A stretch of 32,000 bases of DNA, from NCBI RefSeq assembly GCF_000175255.2, contig NC_017262.1:1740001-1772000 (forward strand), read 5' to 3'. Positions 18,538 through 28,878 of the stretch are shown here, in pieces; the stretch's first letter is position 1; each line of letters starts with the position of its first letter. Both the position numbers and the translations under genes were made by a program. The notes under the pieces were generated by a model. That model was not told the DNA's origin, made no database searches, and was given only the letters and a program-made list of their open reading frames with translations. This DNA comes from Zymomonas mobilis subsp. mobilis ATCC 10988 (GTDB taxonomy: Bacteria > Pseudomonadota > Alphaproteobacteria > Sphingomonadales > Sphingomonadaceae).

Positions 18538-20004
18538 TCACCTTCTGTTATTTTTTACTTGTTTAAAAAGCCAGTCTCTAGCCGCTTTGATATAAAAGAA
18601 TTTGCGCGCGGATGCCATGTGATCGACCCCTTTAAAAGTCAGGAAGGTAATATTCCCGTTTTTATCGAGATAGCTATTGATCTGATGGGTTAGTGATTTC
18701 TGATTATCGACAGGAAAAATCAATGAAGGGTCAAGCGTCTCTTCAGGACGGATAACTACGCCACCGGCTTCTCTCCAGACGGGGACACATTTTTCATTCC
18801 ACGGGGTCGCATTGTGGTCTTCTGTTCCAGTGATAATCAGCAATTTTTGCCGAGCAAGACTACGAACATCACTAGGCCGCTGTTGACCGGCAATAATTAG
18901 ACCGGCAGCAAAAGTATCAGGATGCTTCGCCATAAGCCAAAGAGAGGTCATCGCTCCCATTGACCATCCGGTGCAATAGACTCTTCTAGGATCAATTTTT
19001 AAGACTTTATCGCGGCGATCTTCGAGATTGGGATTACCGTAATTCCATGTGTTTTTTAGAAGCGATTCGACCAGCTTATAGGTGTTTTCGACATCATATG
19101 TATGTTCCCAATAGTCATTCATGGTTGTCCGCTCGTAACGGGGCGTGATTACAACACATTCATGCTCCGCCTGTTCTTCAGGCAGACTCCACAGACTAGC
19201 GATACATTGCTCGGTTAATGTTTGGGTACAATTCCCGTCATAACTGGTGCCGGAATGGGTAATAGCTAATAATAGTGGATAGGACTGGCGCTCTCCTCCG
19301 GCTTTCAAAAAAGACTTCGGCAAGTAAATACTATATTCCAACCATGCCGAACGCGTATCATCCCACCACCAGTGATTTTGTTCCCAATCATCGACACCGC
19401 GAATAACGACATGATTCCCTCGGCGATCAGAATTGCTCCATGCGGCTTTACTGGGGGGATAAAGACTTCCTTTAACAGATTTAATCGCTTTATTTTGCAG
19501 GATAACCACTCTGTCACTATCTGCTGTTGGAAGACTTAGATCTGAATCATGCGCAAATTCGATAATGACATATGAGCCATTTTTTGCGGCATTTCGTCCT
19601 AATTGAGGCGCATCATTCGTATAAATGGCGACTATAGAGCGATCTTTTGCGGGTTCAGTAGATTGATTTTTATCTGGCTCTTGCGGCATACCCGCAAAAA
19701 AGCCCTTAGCCACAGGGTAAACCGCCGCCTTATAACTATCCAATTTTAAACTGCTGGGATCAATATCGCTATCGTATTCCACAGCAATACCATAAACTTT
19801 TTCACCGCCACCCGTCACTTCACAAAGCGCATAGACTCTCTGAATACCCGATGTTTTGGCCTGATCTGACTTGCTATCCAGATCAGGGGCGGCGGCTCTA
19901 AATCCGTTACCATTTCCCAAGGCATATGATTTTTGTGTCCCCAATAAAGCGCCTGCTAAAGTTGCTCCGGCTGCCACAAAATTCCGTCTTGAGACCTCGG
20001 TCAT
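18538..20004 (-). CDS. Tat-exported alpha/beta hydrolase (esterase / predicted peptidase type)
   Basis: Twin-arginine signal MTEVSRRNFVAAGATLAGALLG. The C-terminal half has the nucleophile elbow YCTGWSMGA (GxSxG) and ...TGTEDHNATP...GVDHM (likely Asp/His). The roughly 250-residue N-terminal region is of unclear function. Confidence 0.8.
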   Translation of the reverse strand: MTEVSRRNFVAAGATLAGALLGTQKSYALGNGNGFRAAAPDLDSKSDQAKTSGIQRVYALCEVTGGGEKVYGIAVEYDSDIDPSSLKLDSYKAAVYPVAKGFFAGMPQEPDKNQSTEPAKDRSIVAIYTNDAPQLGRNAAKNGSYVIIEFAHDSDLSLPTADSDRVVILQNKAIKSVKGSLYPPSKAAWSNSDRRGNHVVIRGVDDWEQNHWWWDDTRSAWLEYSIYLPKSFLKAGGERQSYPLLLAITHSGTSYDGNCTQTLTEQCIASLWSLPEEQAEHECVVITPRYERTTMNDYWEHTYDVENTYKLVESLLKNTWNYGNPNLEDRRDKVLKIDPRRVYCTGWSMGAMTSLWLMAKHPDTFAAGLIIAGQQRPSDVRSLARQKLLIITGTEDHNATPWNEKCVPVWREAGGVVIRPEETLDPSLIFPVDNQKSLTHQINSYLDKNGNITFLTFKGVDHMASARKFFYIKAARDWLFKQVKNNRR

Positions 20005-20144
20005 CGTTTTTCTCTGCTTTCAAGGAAAAGATATCTATCAAATTTCTAACATTCTTTACAATGAATATGCCCTGAAAAGGACATTTCACGATAAAGATTA
20101 GGCTTAAGAAAGCAGAGGAAGGATCAATTTTTAAAGAATAAAGA

Positions 20145-20615
20145 TCAGGCCTTTTCTTGCTGCATCAGAGCAATCGCAGCATCGCTCGCCAATTGGTCGG
20201 CTCTTTCATTATCGGGATGTCCGGCATGCCCTTTGACCCATTTCCACGCAATGTCATGTTGGCGGGTCAATGCTAAAAGTTGCTTCCACAAATCGGCATT
20301 TTTAACCGGTTTTTTAGCCGCAGTAAGCCAGCCATTTTTTTGCCAGCCGTGAATCCAGCGGGTCAAGCCATCCATTACATATTTGCTATCGGTGGAAAGC
20401 TCTATCTGGCAAGGCTTTTTAAGGCAGGAGAGGGCTTCAATAACAGCCTGTAATTCCATCCGGTTATTGGTTGTGGGATTTTCAGAACCGGAAATCGCTT
20501 TTTCATGCCCCTGATAACGAAGAAGCGCACCCCAGCCACCAAAGCCGGGGTTGCCTTTGCACGCGCCATCCGTCGCGATCATGACGATTTTATCTTGTGT
20601 CGAGGAATCAGGCAT
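20145..20615 (-). CDS. rnhA: Ribonuclease HI
   Basis: [17 protein letters not shown]...[14 protein letters not shown]...STDSKYV...[14 protein letters not shown] (DEDD catalytic residues). I prefer the start at ATG 20615, 4 nt after the thrB stop. The track's longer N-terminus (to 20708) overlaps thrB. Confidence 0.92.
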   Translation of the reverse strand: MPDSSTQDKIVMIATDGACKGNPGFGGWGALLRYQGHEKAISGSENPTTNNRMELQAVIEALSCLKKPCQIELSTDSKYVMDGLTRWIHGWQKNGWLTAAKKPVKNADLWKQLLALTRQHDIAWKWVKGHAGHPDNERADQLASDAAIALMQQEKA

Positions 20616-20619
20616 CAAG

Positions 20620-21582
20620 TCAGAAGCCCAAAGACTCGAAAGAAGCCTCTCGATAAAAACGCAGTCTCTTGAAAAAGTCACGCGGGTCTTTTGGCACAAC
20701 CAAAGCATCAGGCGGCGTATTGACCCAATCCCATGCCCGCGTCAGCAAGAAGCGCAAAGCTGCTCCCCGCAGCAAGACAATAAAGGCGGCTCGCTCTTCT
20801 TCCGTCAGGGCAAAGCTCTGATGATAGCCTTTAATCAAAGCTTTCGCATGATCGGCAAGGAAATGGTTCTCTTGATCGAAACACCATGCACTATAGGTAA
20901 TGGCTAAATCCCATGCACGGACTTCGGTGCAGGCAAAATAGAAATCGATAACGCCTTTTAAGCTGTCGCCTTCAAATAACACATTATCGGGAAATAAATC
21001 GGCATGAATAACTGAACGGGGCAGATCTTTCGGCCAGAATTCATCGAGATAATCCAGCTCTTTTTTAACCTCGTCCCCCATATGGGCTTCGATCTGGTTC
21101 ATGGCTTCAAAACCACATTTTTCAGCCAGAATATGCCAATTTTCAAGATCGAGGCTGTTTTTCCGATTTTCCGAAAAATGGGTCAGACTTTTATGCATTT
21201 TACCCAGCATTTCACCGGTAGCACGGGTCTGTTCCGCATTAGGGGTGGGCGTCCAACGCCCTTGCAAAAATTCGATCAGGCAGGCAGGCCGTCCAGCCAA
21301 TGTCTGTATCTGTTTTCCGTCATGGCTTTTCCATGCTTTGGGAACTGGCAGATTTTCAGCCGCCAAATGATCGGTCAAAGCCATAAAGAAAGGCAGCTCT
21401 TCGGGATTTACCCGTTTTTCATATAATGTCAGAATATACGAGCGGACATCGGTCGTAATCAGGTAATTGCTGTTTTCGACGCCTTCAGTAATCCCTTTTA
21501 TCGACAGCAACCGGCCTGAATCCGGATAAAGATCTAAGAATGAAGAGACTTCCTCATCGCTGACCGAAGTATATACAGCCAT
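20620..21582 (-). CDS. thrB: Homoserine kinase, type II (protein-kinase/APH fold)
   Basis: [45 protein letters not shown]...[14 protein letters not shown], matching the ThrB-alt family pattern. Confidence 0.88.
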   Translation of the reverse strand: MAVYTSVSDEEVSSFLDLYPDSGRLLSIKGITEGVENSNYLITTDVRSYILTLYEKRVNPEELPFFMALTDHLAAENLPVPKAWKSHDGKQIQTLAGRPACLIEFLQGRWTPTPNAEQTRATGEMLGKMHKSLTHFSENRKNSLDLENWHILAEKCGFEAMNQIEAHMGDEVKKELDYLDEFWPKDLPRSVIHADLFPDNVLFEGDSLKGVIDFYFACTEVRAWDLAITYSAWCFDQENHFLADHAKALIKGYHQSFALTEEERAAFIVLLRGAALRFLLTRAWDWVNTPPDALVVPKDPRDFFKRLRFYREASFESLGF

Positions 21583-21783
21583 GTACCACTATTCCTGCTT
21601 TATCGAATGGCTCAACATAATTCCTCTCCTGTCCTCTTTGGCATAAGACAGGATTGAAAATTACACTGGCATTTTTGAACACCATTCTTTTATTTTTATT
21701 CGACCTTTTGTTACGCCTTACCTGTTTTTTATCAAGTCGGGCGATAGGCTATTTCTTTATAAGCAAGGCAATAATGGGGCAGA

Positions 21784-21804
21784 ATCGGCAAAAATTTTGC
21801 CGAT
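21784..21804 (-). terminator. Hairpin 12 nt downstream of the hpnN stop
   Basis: The palindrome ATCGGCAAAA-A-TTTTGCCGAT has GC-containing outer pairs and an A/T-rich top. No separate U tract follows it. Confidence 0.4.
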
Positions 21805-21815
21805 AGCGTATTTAT

Positions 21816-24425
21816 TTACACTTTCCCGTCTTCTTTTGCCTTATTTTCCTTGTTGCCAAGAAGCGCCGGTTCAAAAATCAAAGCGCAAATCAGCGTCCAG
21901 ACCAAAGAAATCATCAAGATTTTGCCCATGCTGGCCGTTCCCGGATGAGAAGACAGCCACAGACTACCAAAGGCCGTGCCTGTTGCCATAGCCGAGAAAA
22001 AGACAGCATGCGCCAAACTAGATTGCAGCAGGTTGCGTTCGCCATTCCGCCAAGCCATAACAAAATAAATATGAAAGGCCACACCCACCCCGAATAACAG
22101 CGGGAAGGCGATAATATTGGCGAAGTTGATCGGCTGGTCAATGATAACGCAGCTTGCCAAAGTCAGGAAAATCGAAAGGATAATCGGTGCCAAGGTAAAG
22201 GCGACCTCCCGAACATTCCGAAGAACGATAAACAGCAAAAGACAGACGGTAATAAAGGCAAGAATACCCGCTTCGATAAAGGCCTTGGCAATCGTATAGG
22301 CGGCGGCTTGGGTCGAAATCGGCATACCCGAAGCTGTCGGAACGATCTTCTGAACCGCTTTCGCAAAGCGGATAAGATTTTCATTGTTATTGCTGTCGCC
22401 TGACGGGAAAACTTCGATGCGGATACGGCCATCTTTCGTTGTCCAGCCCTCTTTCAAAGTCTGGGGTAAGGCTTCTGGTGTTACCGCTTCGGCTTGTAGC
22501 ATCGCCCTCATTTGATCAAGCATGACCGCCAAGGGCATACAGAACATTTCATTGGTAGCCTGTCGCGTTGCCGCAGAACTTCTGGCAAGGCTATCGAGCG
22601 AATCTGCCAAGCTACGAGCATCGCTGGCCGAGGCTTGGGTGCTGGTGCCTGCCGCTTCTCTCAAAGAGGTCGCCGTTTGCCGCAAGGAAAGCTGTACTTC
22701 CTCATCGCTTGGGGCAGCCTGCGTCTCAATCGGGTTAACCGTCGGATCAAGGATCATATTGGCATCGGAAATAACCGCCAATTTGGGTTCTTGATTGGTC
22801 GGCACAAAACTGTCGATCGTGACGACCTGATCGACTTCCGGCAATTTGGACAGGCGTTTCACCCAGTCTTCGGCTGTTTTGCTATTCGGGGCGACAATAT
22901 CAATCGTGTTCGGTGTCTGATTAGGGTCTTTCATCAAGGACAAAAGAGTCGACATCGCTTCCCCTTTGGGATTCCTCAAATGCAACGGGTTAAAGTCGAA
23001 TTGTACCCAAGGCAGAAGAATGATGCTAATCAGGGTCAGCCCCAAAAAGCTTCCGATAACCCAACGTCTTTCTTTAACCAGAAAATGATCGACTGGCGCC
23101 ATATTGCGCCAACCCACATGATGCCGCGGTGGGCGAGGGCGAAACAGCATTAAAAAAGCGGGCAGCATCGTTACCGAGAAGAACAAGGCAATCAAAATGC
23201 CAACACCGGCAATCATCCCTAATTCGGAAATCCCGATATAGGCTGTCGGCAAAAAGGACAGAAAACCAAGGCAAACGGCACCGGCTGCCAATAACAAGGA
23301 ATGACCCAACGCATTGGCGGCATTCAAAAGCGCCGTGGGCTGATTGGGTTCTGTTTCCAATTCGGCTAAAAAACGTACCGAAAGCTGAATCCCAAAATCT
23401 ACCCCTAAACCGACAAAAAGCGGAATAAAGGCGACAGAAATGAGGTTGAATCGCCCGACTGTTATCAGACCAACCGCAGCCGTCACAATCAATCCGGCAA
23501 TGGTCGTCAACATAATTGCCGCAACAATACTGGGGGAGCGCACCGCCAACCACAGGGTGATAAGCATCGCGCCAATCATTGCGCCTGCAACCAACCAGAT
23601 TTTATCCGCTAAAGAAGCAAATTCTTCATCCGCCAAAGGCACGGATCCGGTTAAACGGATATCGACGCCATGATCGGCATCCAATTTCAGATCACTAGCA
23701 GCCTTATGAATAGCATTGCTGGCCTCAATCCCCGGCATCAAAGCACTTAGATCAAGAACAGGCTGTGCCAAAATTAACCGTTTTAGAGGCGGTTTCAGTG
23801 CTGGATTTTTGCTTGAGAAAAGCAGTTGCCAAGAAAACCATGTCTGTTTTCCAGAAAGCTGGTCACGGATAGCCTTATCAATCGAACGGATTGGGGTCTG
23901 GATTTGATCCAGATTAGCCATATGGCGGTTGACCCCCATCAACATGGTATTCAGGGCGTTATTGATTCCTCTTAAAGAAGGATCGGAAGCCAGAGGGCCT
24001 AAAAAAGGCTGTGCTGAAATCAGCTGTTGCATCGTATCTTGAACATCCGGCAACTGGCCGAACAAGATACCTTCACGGGCAAAAAATTCGCCGCCATCAG
24101 GTCGCGTCACCGTCAGAAAATGCTTTTTATCCTGTCCCAATTTCTCGCTTAATCGGGCGGCAGCAGATTCTGCCAATTCCGGTGTTTGTCCTTCCACAAC
24201 GATCAGGGTTGTCCCCCCTGTAGATGGAAAAGCATCGGCAAATCTATCTTCATTGACGCGATAGGTTACCTTGGGAGAAATAAGGGTCGCCGTATCCGTA
24301 TTGATCGCAAAATGGCTCGCCGCGAAATAGGCAGAGACCAGCGTTAAGAAAAGGGTGAAGGCGAGAACAGGCAGAGGAAAGCGACAGCTTATACCTGCGA
24401 GACGCGTTACAAGAAAACGATGCAT
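21816..24425 (-). CDS. hpnN: RND/MMPL-family transporter, hopanoid-associated HpnN type
   Basis: 869 aa with two bundles of about 6 TM helices and two large periplasmic loops. The N-terminal pattern ...FAINTDTATLISP...FPSTGGTTLIVVEG... matches my recollection of HpnN. It lies next to dxs. Confidence 0.78.
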   Translation of the reverse strand: MHRFLVTRLAGISCRFPLPVLAFTLFLTLVSAYFAASHFAINTDTATLISPKVTYRVNEDRFADAFPSTGGTTLIVVEGQTPELAESAAARLSEKLGQDKKHFLTVTRPDGGEFFAREGILFGQLPDVQDTMQQLISAQPFLGPLASDPSLRGINNALNTMLMGVNRHMANLDQIQTPIRSIDKAIRDQLSGKQTWFSWQLLFSSKNPALKPPLKRLILAQPVLDLSALMPGIEASNAIHKAASDLKLDADHGVDIRLTGSVPLADEEFASLADKIWLVAGAMIGAMLITLWLAVRSPSIVAAIMLTTIAGLIVTAAVGLITVGRFNLISVAFIPLFVGLGVDFGIQLSVRFLAELETEPNQPTALLNAANALGHSLLLAAGAVCLGFLSFLPTAYIGISELGMIAGVGILIALFFSVTMLPAFLMLFRPRPPRHHVGWRNMAPVDHFLVKERRWVIGSFLGLTLISIILLPWVQFDFNPLHLRNPKGEAMSTLLSLMKDPNQTPNTIDIVAPNSKTAEDWVKRLSKLPEVDQVVTIDSFVPTNQEPKLAVISDANMILDPTVNPIETQAAPSDEEVQLSLRQTATSLREAAGTSTQASASDARSLADSLDSLARSSAATRQATNEMFCMPLAVMLDQMRAMLQAEAVTPEALPQTLKEGWTTKDGRIRIEVFPSGDSNNNENLIRFAKAVQKIVPTASGMPISTQAAAYTIAKAFIEAGILAFITVCLLLFIVLRNVREVAFTLAPIILSIFLTLASCVIIDQPINFANIIAFPLLFGVGVAFHIYFVMAWRNGERNLLQSSLAHAVFFSAMATGTAFGSLWLSSHPGTASMGKILMISLVWTLICALIFEPALLGNKENKAKEDGKV

Positions 24426-24517
24426 GATGTGTCCGATATCACGAGATCAATCCGTATGGCTAGCCCAAGCGCCTTAGCTGTTACAACCGGACGATTCAGA
24501 ATAAAAGATAACTTGGA

Positions 24518-26500
24518 TCATAAAGTCATATCTTCTGTTACTTTTGTAGTCAGTTCAACGACTTCGACAGGCTTTGAGTTCCGTTGTAATGCAGCCGTTA
24601 CGGCAGCAACGATGCCATCAGCATCAAGACCAGCTTCGGCATATTGCCGTTCTTGCTTGTCCTGCGGCTGGAACCGATCCGGCAGACGCAGGGTGCGGAT
24701 TTTCAATCCGTCATCCATCAGGCCTTCATCCGAAGCCATCGTCAGGACTTGGGTTGCAAAACCACCCAAAGCGCCTTCTTCAATGGTAATAATGACCTGA
24801 TGGCTTTTCAGAAGTTGGCGGGTCAGCGCTTCATCCAAGGGCTTAGCAAAGCGCATATCAGCAACCGATGTCGACAAACCTTGAGCATCAAGCCGATCGG
24901 CAGCCTTCAAGGATTCTTCCAATCGAGTGCCGAGAGATAGGATAGCAACCTTTTTACCGCGACGGATCAGGCGACCTTTCCCGATAGGCAGAATTTCCTT
25001 TTCGCCTTCCAAGGAGACACCCACACCATTACCACGCGGATAACGCACCGAGATCGGGCCTTGGTCATAATGCGCCATGCTATGCACCATATTGGCCAAT
25101 TCCCGTTCATCGGAAGGCGCCATCACGACCATATTCGGGAGATTAACCATAAAGGCGAGGTCGAAGCTACCCGCATGGGTTGCCCCATCGGCACCGACAA
25201 GACCCGCACGATCGACGGCGAAGCGCACCGGCAAATTCTGGATAGCGACATCATGCACCAACTGGTCATAGCCGCGCTGCAAGAAGGTCGAATAGAGACA
25301 ACAGAAAGGCTTGTAACCGGCAGCCGCTAAACCAGCTGCAAAGGTTACGGCATGTTGTTCGGCAATACCGACATCAAACATTCTTTCAGGAAAATATTGC
25401 TGGAAGCGATCAAGACCGGTGCCAGTCGGCATAGCTGCCGTAATGGTCACAATCTTATCGTCTTGCTTAGCTTCCTTGATCAGCTGTTCCGAGAAAACAG
25501 AGGTATAGCTGGGAGGCCCCGGGGGGGCTTTCGCCTGCTTGCCGGAAACCACATCCAAGCGCTGCACGGCGTGATATTTATCCTTGGCCGCTTCAGCCGG
25601 AGCATAGCCTTGGCCTTTGCGGGTGACGACATGCACCAAAATGGGGCCGTCCTTGGCATCGCGGACATTTTCCAAAACCGGAATGAGCTGATCTAAATTA
25701 TGACCATCCACGGGGCCAACATAGTAAAAGCCCAGCTCTTCAAAGAAGGTGCCACCGGTTGCCATACCACGCGCATATTCATCAGCCTTGCGGGCAGCCG
25801 TTGCCAAGCCTTTTGGCATCCGGTTGACAACACCGCGCATGATATCGCGCAAATTCATGAAAGGCCGTGAGGAAATCAGGCGGCTCAAATAAGAAGATAA
25901 GGCGCCTACCGGCGGTGAAATCGACATTTCATTGTCATTCAAAATGACAATCAGGCGCTTACCCGCCGCCTTGGCGTTATTCATAGCTTCATAAGCCATG
26001 CCTGCCGTCATCGAGCCATCACCGATAATCGCAACCGCTTTGTCATCGCTGTCGGATAATTTGCTGGCCATCGCAAAGCCGAGCGCCGCAGAAATAGAAG
26101 TCGAACTATGCGCGGCTCCAAAAGCGTCATATTCGCTCTCCGCGCGCTGCGTAAAGCCCGATAAGCCGTCACGTTGCCGCAATGTCCGAATACGATCACG
26201 GCGACCTGTTAAAATCTTGTGAGGATAGGTTTGATGCCCAACATCCCAGACCAAAGCATCTTTGGGCGTGTTGAAAACATAATGAAGGGCTACCGTTAAT
26301 TCGATAACCCCTAGACCGGAACCGAGATGTCCGCCGGTCACACCCACTGCCGAGATGGTCTCTTTCCGTAATTCATCCGCCAATTGCCGGAGGCTGTTGC
26401 GATCTAATTGACGCAATTCTGCCGGTGTCTTGATCTTGTCTAACAACGGCGTCTTTTTATTCGGAAACATAGGCCTGAAATCAAACTCTGCATTAGGCAT
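24518..26500 (-). CDS. dxs: 1-deoxy-D-xylulose-5-phosphate synthase
   Basis: [16 protein letters not shown]...[18 protein letters not shown]...[19 protein letters not shown] (TPP motif). The start is either ATG 26500 or the internal ATG 26470 ([11 protein letters not shown]). Confidence 0.95.
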   Translation of the reverse strand: MPNAEFDFRPMFPNKKTPLLDKIKTPAELRQLDRNSLRQLADELRKETISAVGVTGGHLGSGLGVIELTVALHYVFNTPKDALVWDVGHQTYPHKILTGRRDRIRTLRQRDGLSGFTQRAESEYDAFGAAHSSTSISAALGFAMASKLSDSDDKAVAIIGDGSMTAGMAYEAMNNAKAAGKRLIVILNDNEMSISPPVGALSSYLSRLISSRPFMNLRDIMRGVVNRMPKGLATAARKADEYARGMATGGTFFEELGFYYVGPVDGHNLDQLIPVLENVRDAKDGPILVHVVTRKGQGYAPAEAAKDKYHAVQRLDVVSGKQAKAPPGPPSYTSVFSEQLIKEAKQDDKIVTITAAMPTGTGLDRFQQYFPERMFDVGIAEQHAVTFAAGLAAAGYKPFCCLYSTFLQRGYDQLVHDVAIQNLPVRFAVDRAGLVGADGATHAGSFDLAFMVNLPNMVVMAPSDERELANMVHSMAHYDQGPISVRYPRGNGVGVSLEGEKEILPIGKGRLIRRGKKVAILSLGTRLEESLKAADRLDAQGLSTSVADMRFAKPLDEALTRQLLKSHQVIITIEEGALGGFATQVLTMASDEGLMDDGLKIRTLRLPDRFQPQDKQERQYAEAGLDADGIVAAVTAALQRNSKPVEVVELTTKVTEDMTL

Positions 26501-26799
26501 TTACCCGATAAAACGAAAAGCGGTTTTAACAAGGTAAAGACTTTATCTGAAAAATATTTCGTCGCCTTCATAAGGCAAACGCGGCTTTTCTGTACACTTT
26601 CACCGCCTGGATGTAAAAATAATAAAGCAAGCGAGCAAAAGGCCAGCTATCAAAGAATTTCCCGCTATTAAACCCGAAAAGATTTCTGCCATGGCTGAAA
26701 TCGGGGCGAAAATCCTGATAATAGGCTTTAAATGGCAAATTATTTATGACGGTAGGCTTAATAGCCTGTAAAAATTTGTAACAATATTTTTTGTTTTTG

Positions 26800-26886
26800 C
26801 AATAAACAAAAACAAATGCCTCCGATTAGAAATCGGAGGCATTGTTTGCTTGAAAATCAAGACAGGACGGAAAACCGTTTTCCTGT
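26800..26886 (-). terminator. adhB 3' region with two hairpins; the distal one is a strong intrinsic terminator
   Basis: On the minus strand, a proximal palindrome ACAGGAAAACGGTTTTCCGTCCTGT (26862-26886) is followed by a perfect 13-bp stem AATGCCTCCGATT / AATCGGAGGCATT (26815-26843, 3-nt loop) and then TGTTTTTGTTTATT. Confidence 0.8.
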
Positions 26887-26893
26887 TTTGAAA

Positions 26894-28045
26894 TTAGAAA
26901 GCGCTCAGGAAGAGTTCTTCAACTTCTTTCTGATCACCCTGACGCGGGTTGGTCAGAGCACAAGCATCTTTCAGAGCGTGGTCAGCAAGAAGCGGCACAT
27001 CTTCTTTCTTAGCACCCAGCTCGGTCAGATTTGCTGGAATACCAATGGAAGCAGCCAGATCGCGAACAGCCTGAATGGTGGCTTCTGCGCCTTCTTTATC
27101 GCCGAGATTGGCGATATCGAGACCCATAGCAACACCAACGTCTTTCAGACGACCAGCAACGACAGAGGCGTTATAAGCCAGAACATGCGGAAGCAGAACA
27201 GCGTTGCAGACACCATGCGGCAGGTTGTAGTAACCGCCCAACTGGTGAGCCATAGCATGGACATAACCAAGCGAAGCGTTGTTGAAGGCCATACCAGCGA
27301 GGAATTGGGCATAAGCCATAGCTTCACGAGCTGGCATATCCTTACCGTTGTCGCAAGCGGTCTTCAGATTCTTAGCGATCATGGAAGCTGCTTTCAAAGC
27401 GCAAGCATCGGTGATCGGAGTAGCTGCCGTTGAAGAATAAGCTTCAAATGCGTGGGTCAGAGCATCCATACCGGTGGCGGCGGTCAGGCCTTTTGGCATA
27501 CCAACCATCAACAGAGGATCGTTGACGGAAACCATCGGGGTAACGTGACGGTCAACAATGGCCATCTTAACGTGACGGACTTCATCAGTGATGATGCAGA
27601 AACGCGTCATTTCAGAAGCCGTACCAGCCGTCGTGTTGATTGACATCAAAGGCAGGGCAGGTTTCTTAGATTTGTCGATACCTTCGTAGTCTTTGACTTC
27701 ACCACCATTGGTTGCGACCAGAGCGATGGCTTTGGCGCAGTCATGGGGAGAACCACCACCGAGGGAGATGACGAAGTCTGAATTGTTATCCTTCAGGATC
27801 TTAAGGCCTTCCAGAACTGCGGTAACAGTCGGGTTCGGCATAACGCCATCATAAACAGCAGAATTAATACCCTGTGTTTTCAACAGGTCAGCAACCTGCT
27901 TCACAACACCGGATTTGTTCATGAAAGCATCAGAAACGATCAGGGCATTTTTAAAGCCGCTGCCGTTAAGATCCTTGATTGCTTTTTCAAGCGAACCTTC
28001 GCCCATTTCGTTGACGAAAGGAATATAAAAAGTTGAAGAAGCCAT
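26894..28045 (-). CDS. adhB: Iron-containing alcohol dehydrogenase II
   Basis: [39 protein letters not shown]...[11 protein letters not shown]...[17 protein letters not shown] recognise this as Z. mobilis ADH II. Codon usage is strongly biased. Confidence 0.98.
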
Positions 28046-28830
28046 AGCTATAACCTCACCCTACATACTAGTTTAAAGCAACAACCCGAAAACAACCATT
28101 TTCGCGAAATCGCTTTCTATTGTTTTTGCGTTTTAATCCCGTTTTCGAGACGTTTTCTCAAAGTTTTTCCTGAAAACGAGTAAAATCACCAATTTTACGC
28201 ATTTTCAGCAATCGGGCAGCGCAAAAGCAATATGTCTATCAGTTTTATCAGATCAAGGGGTTCGCTTTATTCCAGCACATTTATAGTCTGTTTAACGAAG
28301 CGACCTCTATTTTCTGAAAGCCGAGATTTTTCTACTCGCGACAGCGGTGATGAGCAAGGCTGCTTGTTCTTTCTAAATATGTATTTTTTACATCAAGACT
28401 TATGCAAATTATGAAAAAGTTGTCTTTTTATTATGAAGTATTATTTAATAATTGGGATGTGGTTACCGATTTTGCCTTTAAATTAAAATAATAAATTTCA
28501 GGCGAAATATTTTAAAATAAAACATTTATGTTAAATTTTAAGAAAGGAAATTTTGAAGAATCTGTTATTTTGTTCGTTTTTGAGGCTTTTTAGGGAAAGA
28601 TAAGACTAAAAATAACATAGTTGTTAGGCATTCATTCCAATTTATTGTTCAAATATTAAAAGCCAAATTGTAAATAGAAAACAAGAAAATATCGTATATG
28701 GTAAAATATACTGTATAAATTGCACGACATTAAAATAAAGACATTTTCAGATATCTAAATAGATTATGAAAAAGAAATAAAAGAATAATTTATAAGGATG
28801 CAGAGGAATAGTCAGAAAAAGAAGCTATGG

Positions 28831-28878
28831 GGGTCGCGGTAGCTTGAGGAGGAGGGGGGGGAAGTGCTACCGCCACCC
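28831..28878. other. Isolated GC-rich stem-loop (candidate small RNA element) in AT-rich DNA
   Basis: GGGTCGCGGTAGC (28831-28843) pairs with GCTACCGCCACCC (28866-28878) at 12 of 13 positions. The 22-nt loop is TTGAGGAGGAGGGGGGGGAAGT on the + strand and ACTTCCCCCCCCTCCTCCTCAA on the - strand. Confidence 0.35.

Noticed and set aside
20012-20117. 10-bp inverted repeat CTCTGCTTTC / GAAAGCAGAG separated by about 86 nt between rnhA and the hydrolase gene
   Set aside because: The arms are short, the spacer is long and there is no supporting context. This is within what chance can produce in an intergenic region.
26816-27433. 205-aa + strand ORF antisense to adhB; similarly 22512-23153 (+, 213 aa) and 23074-23553 (-, 159 aa, wrong frame) within hpnN
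   Set aside because: All are nested in well-supported genes, lack ribosome-binding sites, and give Arg/Ser/Cys-rich nonsense-like proteins. I treat them as shadow ORFs.
28232-28414. 60-aa ORF (and the 73-aa ORF at 28960-29181) in the adhB-peptidase gap
   Set aside because: Neither has a ribosome-binding site, and the second has a non-ATG (TTG) start. Lys/Phe/Asn-rich composition is expected from AT-rich DNA. There are no recognisable domains. The shared 16-mer is read in different frames in the two ORFs, so the similarity is at the DNA level, not the protein level.
28480-28740. Recurring TAAAATAA-type words in the AT-rich core
   Set aside because: In DNA this AT-rich, 8-mers made only of A and T recur by chance. 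I could not see a consistent longer motif or phasing.
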